This document shows, one piece after another, positions 26,448 through 32,000 of a DNA stretch of 32,000 nt; the stretch's first letter is position 1, and each line of letters begins with the position of its first letter. The notes beneath the pieces were generated by a model. It saw only the letters and a program-made list of their open reading frames with translations. It did not search any database and had not been told where the DNA came from. The translations under genes were made by a program, and so were the position numbers. The stretch spans positions 1,800,001-1,832,000 of the forward strand of contig NC_006576.1 in the NCBI RefSeq assembly GCF_000010065.1, written 5' to 3'. The stretch is from Synechococcus elongatus PCC 6301. Lineage in GTDB: Bacteria > Cyanobacteriota > Cyanobacteriia > Synechococcales > Synechococcaceae.

Positions 26448-27713
26448 ATGATTCGCTCTTGGCGTCGCTGCTGCCTTGCATTGGTCTTGGTTGGGATGCT
26501 GTTCGGCTGTGCTCGCCAGAGCCAGAGCGATGGGGAAATTGTTTTCTGGACGATGCAGCTGCAGCCCAAGTTCATTCCCTACTTCACAGCACTCATCGAT
26601 CGCTTTGAGCAAGAGAATCCCGGCACCAAAGTGCGCTGGGTTGATATTCCTTGGTCAGCGATGGAGAGCAAAATTCTGACGGCAGTCTCGGCGGGCACGG
26701 CGCCAGATGTGGTCAACCTCAATCCAGTTTTTGCCTCGCAGTTAGCGTCGCGGGGCGCTCTCCTCGATCTCAGTCGGGCAGTGACACCAGAGCAGCGCGA
26801 TCGCTATCTGCCCAACATCTGGCAGGCCAGTAGTTTGCAGGGTCAGGCGTTTGGGCTGCCGTGGTACCTGACGACGCGGATTACGATCTTCAACCGTAAT
26901 TTGATGCAGCAGGCCGGCCTACAGAAGCCACCAGCGACCTATGCGGAACTAGCGAGCGCTGCGAAACAAATCCGCGATCGCACCGGCAAGTATGCTTTTT
27001 TCGTCACCTTTGTGCCCGAGGATTCCGGCGAAGTGCTGGAGTCGATGGTGCAGATGGGCGTGAAGTTGGTCGATGACCAAGGCAAAGCGGCTTTCAATAC
27101 TCCTGAAGGGATCGCGGCCTTCCGCTATTGGGTCGATCTCTACCAACAGGGCTTGCTACCCCAGGAAAGCCTGACCCAAGGCCACCGCCGTGCCGTCGAA
27201 CTCTACCAATCCGGTGAGATTGCGCTGCTGCAAACGGGCCCCGAGTTTTTGAATGCGATCGCCACCAATGCCCCCGCGATCGCAGCCGTTTCAGCTCCTG
27301 CTCCCCAACTGACTGGTGAGACGGGCAAGCGCAACGTCGCCGTGATGAATGTTGTGGTGCCGCAAGATGCCAGCGATCGCGAGATTGGCCTCAAGTTCGC
27401 GCTCTACGTCACTGACAGCGCCAATCAATTGGCTTTTGCGAAAGAAGCGAACGTCCTCCCTTCGACCACCGCTTCGCTACGGGACTACCGCCAACAACTG
27501 CGCGATCGCGCCGATATCAGTTCCACCTTGGCCCAGGCCCGCTCGATCAGCGCCGCCCAAATGGATCAAGCTCAGGTTCTAGTTCCTGCCGCCGCCGAGA
27601 TGAAAGAGCTGCAACGGCTGATTTATGAGAATCTCCAAGCTGCGATGCTACAGCGCAAAACTGTGGAACAAGCCGTCGCCGATGCTGCTGCTGCCTGGAA
27701 TCAAAGCCGCTAG
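26448..27713 (+). CDS. ABC-transporter substrate-binding lipoprotein (family 1, carbohydrate-type)
   Basis: 421 aa with a lipoprotein signal and lipobox (LVGMLFGC). Typical SBP_bac_1 blocks are present (VRWVDIPWSAMESKILTAVSAGTAPDV, GLPWYLTTRI). No permease or ATPase gene is adjacent. Confidence 0.88.
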   Translation: MIRSWRRCCLALVLVGMLFGCARQSQSDGEIVFWTMQLQPKFIPYFTALIDRFEQENPGTKVRWVDIPWSAMESKILTAVSAGTAPDVVNLNPVFASQLASRGALLDLSRAVTPEQRDRYLPNIWQASSLQGQAFGLPWYLTTRITIFNRNLMQQAGLQKPPATYAELASAAKQIRDRTGKYAFFVTFVPEDSGEVLESMVQMGVKLVDDQGKAAFNTPEGIAAFRYWVDLYQQGLLPQESLTQGHRRAVELYQSGEIALLQTGPEFLNAIATNAPAIAAVSAPAPQLTGETGKRNVAVMNVVVPQDASDREIGLKFALYVTDSANQLAFAKEANVLPSTTASLRDYRQQLRDRADISSTLAQARSISAAQMDQAQVLVPAAAEMKELQRLIYENLQAAMLQRKTVEQAVADAAAAWNQSR

Positions 27714-27770
27714 TCTGCTGCTTCTACCTTGCTGACGGGGCTTGGATTGCAAGCGATCGCCGCAGAGCTT

Positions 27771-27788
27771 GTTACAGTTGATCACATA
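27771..27788 (+). promoter_or_regulatory. HLR1-like direct repeat (candidate RpaB-type response-regulator binding site)
   Basis: GTTACAGT-TG-ATCACATA compared with the HLR1 consensus (G/T)TTACA(T/A)(T/A)-N2-(G/T)TTACA(T/A)(T/A) gives 13 of 16 positions. It lies 32-49 nt upstream of the response-regulator ATG and is followed by an AT-rich TAAATAAA. Confidence 0.35.
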
Positions 27789-27819
27789 AATAAACTTTTT
27801 GTCATAAACCGGCATTGCC

Positions 27820-28587
27820 ATGCGATCGCTTAAAGCTGTCGAAGCTCCGAGCCTCAAGGAAAAAATTTTAGTCGTAGACGACGAAGCTGCGGTCCGTCGC
27901 ATTTTGACTATGCGCCTCTCGATGGCTGGCTATCAGGTGGTGGTCGCCAGCGATGGCCATGAAGCCTTGGCGATGTTTGAGCAAGAAGCGCCCGATTTGA
28001 TCGTGTTGGATGTGATGCTACCCAAACTCGATGGCTACGGCGTTTGCCGTGAGTTGCGGAAGCTCTCCGATGTACCAATCATCATGCTCTCTGCCCTGGG
28101 GGATATCGCCGATCGCATTACAGGGCTCGACTTGGGTGCTGACGACTATCTGCCCAAGCCCTTCTCTCCCAAGGAACTGGAAGCGCGGATCGCCACAATT
28201 CTGCGCCGGCTGGATGACTCTCCCAATGCGCTATCCGCCCCTTCCTCCCCAGGGGTGTTGCGCATCAGTGATGTAGAAATCGATACCAACCGCCGCCAAG
28301 TCTTTCAGCGGGGCGAGCGGGTTCCCCTGACTTACACCGAATTCAGCCTGCTGGAACTATTGTTCCGGCAGCCCGGTCGGGTCGTACCGCGCGCCGAAAT
28401 CTTGGAAGAACTCTGGGGCTATCCGCCGCGGCGCAATGCCGACCTGCGAGTCGTCGATGTCTATGTCGCCCGTCTGCGATCAAAGCTCGAAGCCGACCCC
28501 CGCAATCCTGAGCTGATCATCACAGTCCGCGGAACAGGCTATACCTCCCAGCGCCTCAAAGATTTACCGGAAGCGGCTGGAGCCTAG
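27820..28587 (+). CDS. OmpR-family response regulator, RpaB/Ycf27-like subfamily (possibly the S. elongatus RpaB paralogue SrrA; unverified)
   Basis: 255 aa. Receiver domain KILVVDDEAAVRRILTMRLSMAGYQVV ... LIVLDVMLPKLDGYGVCRELR ... PIIMLSALGDIADRITGLDLGADDYLPKPFSPKELEARI, which is very close to the RpaB pattern. C-terminal winged-helix domain (LTYTEFSLLELL, VDVYVARLRSKLE). Confidence 0.92.
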   Translation: MRSLKAVEAPSLKEKILVVDDEAAVRRILTMRLSMAGYQVVVASDGHEALAMFEQEAPDLIVLDVMLPKLDGYGVCRELRKLSDVPIIMLSALGDIADRITGLDLGADDYLPKPFSPKELEARIATILRRLDDSPNALSAPSSPGVLRISDVEIDTNRRQVFQRGERVPLTYTEFSLLELLFRQPGRVVPRAEILEELWGYPPRRNADLRVVDVYVARLRSKLEADPRNPELIITVRGTGYTSQRLKDLPEAAGA

Positions 28588-28656
28588 GGCGATCGCCGGT
28601 TAGCAAATCACGGATGATGGAACAGTACTGCTGTCCGATCGCCGGTTTCGTCCTCC

Positions 28657-30171
28657 ATGTCTGATTTGCGCGCCACCCGCCTCGAAAAAGCCCTGCAATT
28701 GCGAGAGCTGGGATTTGAGCCCTACGCCTACCGTTGGGACTGTAGCCATAGTGCCGCGCAGCTCCAAGCGCTCTATGCTGACTTGCCAGCCGGGGAGGAA
28801 GTGGCGGTTGAGGTCGCGATCGCGGGCCGAATTATGGCGCGGCGCGTCTTCGGGAAGCTGGCCTTCTTCACGCTGCAGGATGAAAGCGGCCAAATTCAGC
28901 TCTACCTCGAGAAGCAGCGGCTCAGTGAATCGATGGCCGCGATCGATGCCGAAGCTTTCAGTCACCTCAAAGCCCTGACAGATGTGGGCGACATTCTTGG
29001 TGTCAAAGGTAGTGTGCGCCGCACGGAGAAAGGCGAACTCTCGATCGCAGTGGATCAGTACGCCATTCTCACTAAGTCCCTGCAACCCCTGCCGGATAAA
29101 TGGCATGGACTGACGGATGTGGAGAAGCGCTACCGCCAGCGCTACGTGGACCTGATCGTCAACCCAGAAGTACGGGAGACGTTTCGGCGTCGCGCCAAAA
29201 TCACCGCTGCCATTCGTCGCCACCTCGAAGATCAGGGCTTCATCGAAATCGAAACGCCAGTGCTGCAAGCGGAGGCAGGCGGTGCAGAAGCTCGGCCTTT
29301 CATCACTTACCACAACACCTTAGAACTCGACCTTTATCTGCGAATTGCAACCGAGTTGCACCTCAAGCGCCTAATTGTCGGCGGCTTCGAGAAAGTGTTT
29401 GAACTAGGGCGCATTTTCCGCAACGAGGGCATTTCAACCCGCCACAACCCTGAGTTCACCTCGATCGAGGTCTATCAGGCCTATGCCGACTACGAAGACA
29501 TGATGCGGCTAACGGAAACCTTGATTGCCCAAGTTGCTGAGCAGGTGGTGGGGTCGCTGCAAGTGCCCTACCAAGGTCAGACGATCGATCTGGCGCCACC
29601 GTGGAAACGGGCAACGATGGCGGAACTGGTGTTGGCAGCGACGGGGATCGACTTCGAGTCCCTGAAAGACCTAGAAGCAGGAATTGCAGCCGTGAAAGCA
29701 GCAGGTATTCCGGTGCCTGAGGACTGCCCCAACCTCGGCAAACTGCTCAACCACTGCTTCGAAGAAAAAGTGGAAGCAACGCTGATTCAGCCGACGTTTG
29801 TGATCGACTATCCGGTGGAGATTTCGCCGCTGGCGAAGCCGCACCGCAGCAAACCAGGGTTAGTGGAACGCTTTGAGCTATTTATTGTCGGCCGAGAAAC
29901 TGCTAACAGCTTCTCGGAGTTAACCGATCCGGTGGATCAGCGACAACGGTTGGAAGCGCAAGCGGCAGACAAAGCAGCAGGCAATGTCGAAGCGAACGAC
30001 GTCGACGAAGACTTCTTGCTGGCGCTGGAGCATGGCATGCCACCGACCGGTGGCCTCGGAATTGGCATCGATCGCCTCGTGATGTTGCTGACCGATAGCC
30101 CCAGCATCCGTGACGTGATTGCCTTCCCACTGCTACGCCCCGAAGCGAGCTCGGAAGAGGCCGAAGCCTAA
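28657..30171 (+). CDS. lysS: Lysine--tRNA ligase (class II)
   Basis: 504 aa with an OB-fold anticodon-binding N-domain. Class II motifs are present: [52 protein letters not shown] and [14 protein letters not shown]. Confidence 0.97.
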   Translation: MSDLRATRLEKALQLRELGFEPYAYRWDCSHSAAQLQALYADLPAGEEVAVEVAIAGRIMARRVFGKLAFFTLQDESGQIQLYLEKQRLSESMAAIDAEAFSHLKALTDVGDILGVKGSVRRTEKGELSIAVDQYAILTKSLQPLPDKWHGLTDVEKRYRQRYVDLIVNPEVRETFRRRAKITAAIRRHLEDQGFIEIETPVLQAEAGGAEARPFITYHNTLELDLYLRIATELHLKRLIVGGFEKVFELGRIFRNEGISTRHNPEFTSIEVYQAYADYEDMMRLTETLIAQVAEQVVGSLQVPYQGQTIDLAPPWKRATMAELVLAATGIDFESLKDLEAGIAAVKAAGIPVPEDCPNLGKLLNHCFEEKVEATLIQPTFVIDYPVEISPLAKPHRSKPGLVERFELFIVGRETANSFSELTDPVDQRQRLEAQAADKAAGNVEANDVDEDFLLALEHGMPPTGGLGIGIDRLVMLLTDSPSIRDVIAFPLLRPEASSEEAEA

Positions 30172-30339
30172 ATTTGCCAGTCACAGCCTCGGGGTGCGAT
30201 CGCGCCCCAAGGTTGAGTCTTAGCGCCGTTAGCCTAGCTGGCAGCGATCGCTTTGACTGGCTGGTTGCTGGGACCCCAAATGGGATCCTGTCGGAGGACT
30301 GGCCAGAGCTGCCTGCGATCGCAAATAAGGAGTGTCAAA

Positions 30340-30396
30340 ATGAAGAAATGTTGCGTTTCTGATCGCTCCAGCAGTCATGGCGGATCCCATCACTAA
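30340..30396 (+). CDS. Candidate 18-codon upstream/leader ORF (MKKCCVSDRSSSHGGSHH) overlapping the methyltransferase start
   Basis: AAGGAG (30327-30332) lies 7 nt before ATG 30340. The ORF ends at TAA 30394-30396, 20 nt inside the downstream CDS in another frame. There is no evidence of translation. Confidence 0.3.
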   Translation: MKKCCVSDRSSSHGGSHH

Positions 30397-31432
30397 GTTT
30401 GCCTACCAGACCTTTCAGCAGAGCAAAAGCCTGCTGGGGCTGACTCACAAGAACCTCAGCACGCAACTGATGCGGTTGCTCGCACCCACGAATGGTGAGC
30501 GAGAAGGTATCTCGCCAGCTCTGATGAGCCAACTGCAGGCGTCGATGCAAGTGTTGCTCGACGAAGACTATGCAGATGCTGAGGCCGGCGTCTATCCGCT
30601 GTCGCAGCTGTTCGATACGCCGTGGCAGGACATCGTGCAGCAATATCCCCGCCTCTGGCTGGATATGCCATCAACTTGGCAGCGCGCCCGCGAGAAGCGC
30701 TATCAAGACTTTGATGAAACCGTCGAAACCGATCGCTATCCCAGCTACTACGTCCAAAACTTTCATCACCAGACGGGCGGCTACCTGACCGAGGAATCGG
30801 CAGAGCTCTACGATCTGCAGGTCGAGATTCTCTTTAACGGCACCGCCGATCCGATGCGGCGGCGAATTCTGCGCCCCCTCAAGCAGGGACTGCAAGCCTT
30901 GGCTCGCCCTGAAAAAGATCTACGTGTGCTGGATGTGGCTTGCGGCACGGGTCGGACCCTGCGCCATTTGCGATCGGCACTGCCCAGCGCCAACCTCTAC
31001 GGCACCGACCTATCGCCCGCCTATCTCCGTAAAGCCAACCAACTCCTCTCAGAACGGCCGGGAGAACTACCGCAACTGCTGCAGGCTAACGCGGAAGAAC
31101 TGCCCTATCAAGATGGCTTCTTCCAAGGCGTGACTTCTGTTTTCCTCTTCCATGAATTGCCGCCGCAAGCTCGGCAAAACGTGATCAATGAATGCTTCCG
31201 CGTGCTTGAAGCGGGCGGCACCGTTGTCCTCAATGATTCGATTCAGGCGATCGACTCACCGGAATTCCGCCCTCTGATGGATGGCTTCTATCAGATGTTC
31301 CACGAGCCCTACTACCGTCATTACATGGAAGATGATCTCTGCGATCGCCTTGGCCAAGCGGGGTTTGTCGATATCCAAACCAGCAACCACTTTATGAGCA
31401 AAATCTGGGTGGCCCGCAAGCCGATCGCCTAA
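30377..31432 (+). CDS. Class I SAM-dependent methyltransferase (Methyltransf_11-like) with an N-terminal extension of about 170 aa
   Basis: 351 aa with motif I VLDVACGTGRTL, an acidic post-I loop (LYGTDLS) and motif-III-like VLEAGGTVVLND. Confidence 0.85.
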   Translation: MADPITKFAYQTFQQSKSLLGLTHKNLSTQLMRLLAPTNGEREGISPALMSQLQASMQVLLDEDYADAEAGVYPLSQLFDTPWQDIVQQYPRLWLDMPSTWQRAREKRYQDFDETVETDRYPSYYVQNFHHQTGGYLTEESAELYDLQVEILFNGTADPMRRRILRPLKQGLQALARPEKDLRVLDVACGTGRTLRHLRSALPSANLYGTDLSPAYLRKANQLLSERPGELPQLLQANAEELPYQDGFFQGVTSVFLFHELPPQARQNVINECFRVLEAGGTVVLNDSIQAIDSPEFRPLMDGFYQMFHEPYYRHYMEDDLCDRLGQAGFVDIQTSNHFMSKIWVARKPIA

Positions 31433-31435
31433 TCG

Positions 31436-31478
31436 CTGCTGCGATCGCCACAGAGGAGCGATCGCAGCAGGCTTTTAC
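31436..31478 (+). terminator. Rho-independent terminator built from two HIP1 copies
   Basis: Perfect 13-bp stem CTGCTGCGATCGC (31436-31448) / GCGATCGCAGCAG (31458-31470) with a 9-nt loop, then GCTTTTAC. It starts 4 nt after the methyltransferase stop. Confidence 0.7.
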
Positions 31479-31775
31479 AACGAAATAAGTCAGTCAACTT
31501 TGCTGTTCAGCGATAACCAGACGAAGTCACTGCCCAAATTCAAGGTTGGTAGTGATGGCATTGCAGTCTCTAATCTAGTTAGAACGCTGAATTTAGCTGA
31601 CAATCGTCCAAGACCAGGGGCAAGAGCCTCTGGCTCCCCTATCTTGAGACTATCTCAACTGAAACAAGGGCTATCACAGCCAATTTTAGTCAATCTTTGT
31701 GATGCGAAACTGAGAAAAACTGACCAAGAAACTCAAGAGCCAGCATAATTTGATTAACTCTTTTGAGTGACTGCC

Positions 31776-32000
31776 ATGGGCTACTCTCTTGTTCTGATTG
31801 TACTGGTCCTCTATTTCTTATTGGCAGGCTTGAAAATCGATCGAGAATATCAACGCGGTATCATTTATCGGCTTGGTCGAGTCCGACGATTGAGAGGGCC
31901 GGGACTATACTGGATCTTTCCCGGAATTGAACAAAAAGTACAAGTTGATTTAAGACTGCGAACAGTTAATATTGAGCCTCAAGAAACTGTCACTGCAGAC
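31776..32000 (+). CDS. SPFH/band-7 (stomatin/HflK/C-like) protein, N-terminal 75 aa; continues beyond the window
   Basis: MGYSLVLIVLVLYFLLAGLKIDREYQRGIIYRLGRVRRLRGPGLYWIFPGIEQKVQVDLRLRTVNIEPQETVTAD. The layout is an N-terminal TM anchor, then the typical slipin entry motif (V.EYERGV..RLGR....GPGL..I.P.I). It is open to the window end and not in the ORF track. Confidence 0.75.
   Translation, partial: MGYSLVLIVLVLYFLLAGLKIDREYQRGIIYRLGRVRRLRGPGLYWIFPGIEQKVQVDLRLRTVNIEPQETVTAD

Noticed and set aside
28590-28647. 12-nt direct repeat CGATCGCCGGTT (28590-28601 and 28636-28647) upstream of lysS
   Set aside because: Seven of the 12 nt are part of the ubiquitous HIP1 core, so the effective match is about 5 nt. 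That is compatible with chance, and I see no T-box or riboswitch-like structure around it.
30174-30362. 62-aa ORF in the lysS-methyltransferase intergenic region
   Set aside because: It has no SD and starts within a few nt of the lysS stop. The sequence contains HIP1-driven codons and has no recognisable fold. The short SD-preceded uORF at 30340 explains the region better.
31500-31748. 82-aa plus-strand ORF in the AT-rich spacer
   Set aside because: It has a TTG start only, no in-frame ATG near the 5' end, no SD and no recognisable motif. Its composition is unlike the neighbouring genes, so I treat the region as non-coding.
1-32000. Search for CRISPR arrays, IS or transposase genes, integrases, phage genes, toxin-antitoxin pairs, restriction-modification or other known defence modules, and rRNA genes
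   Set aside because: I found none by reading the ORF translations and intergenic regions. The only nuclease-like gene is a Uma2/DUF820 family member, a family present in many copies in cyanobacterial core genomes. The only tandem-like repeats are HIP1 octamers and the low-complexity coding repeats noted above.

Overview
The window reads as core chromosome of a Synechococcus elongatus-like cyanobacterium. Evidence: GC in the mid-50s percent by eye; dozens of copies of the HIP1 octamer GCGATCGC; cyanobacterial marker genes petM, ycf39, a Ycf66-like gene and crtR. Gene density is high and most products are housekeeping: pnp (3' part), crtR, tRNA-Leu(UAG), ileS, msrA, ilvH, mnmG, cysE, lysS, an RpaB-like response regulator, a LysR regulator, ExbB/ExbD, an FTR1 iron permease and a rhodanese-type sulfurtransferase. 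I see no CRISPR array, transposase, integrase, phage gene or recognisable defence or toxin-antitoxin module, and I cannot support a clear-cut novel system. The candidates worth a second look are below. (1) A co-directional cluster at 11073-17229: a roughly 30-helix, 1200+ aa membrane protein, a 48-aa micro-ORF overlapping its stop codon (ATGA), a bacterial Trm1-like methyltransferase and a TonB-less ExbB/ExbD pair. (2) A LysR regulator divergent from a cupin-cysE operon, which resembles CysB logic. (3) A TM-anchored polyproline protein with a periplasm-spanning architecture. (4) A Shine-Dalgarno-preceded 18-codon Cys/Ser/His-rich upstream ORF overlapping a methyltransferase start. (5) An HLR1-like repeat upstream of the response regulator. 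(6) An AT-richer, HIP1-free segment at the 3' end of the window that carries an SPFH/band-7 gene. petM, the 48-aa ORF and the SPFH N-terminus are absent from the supplied ORF track; I read them directly from the sequence. All product calls rest on motif recognition by eye, and no database search was run.
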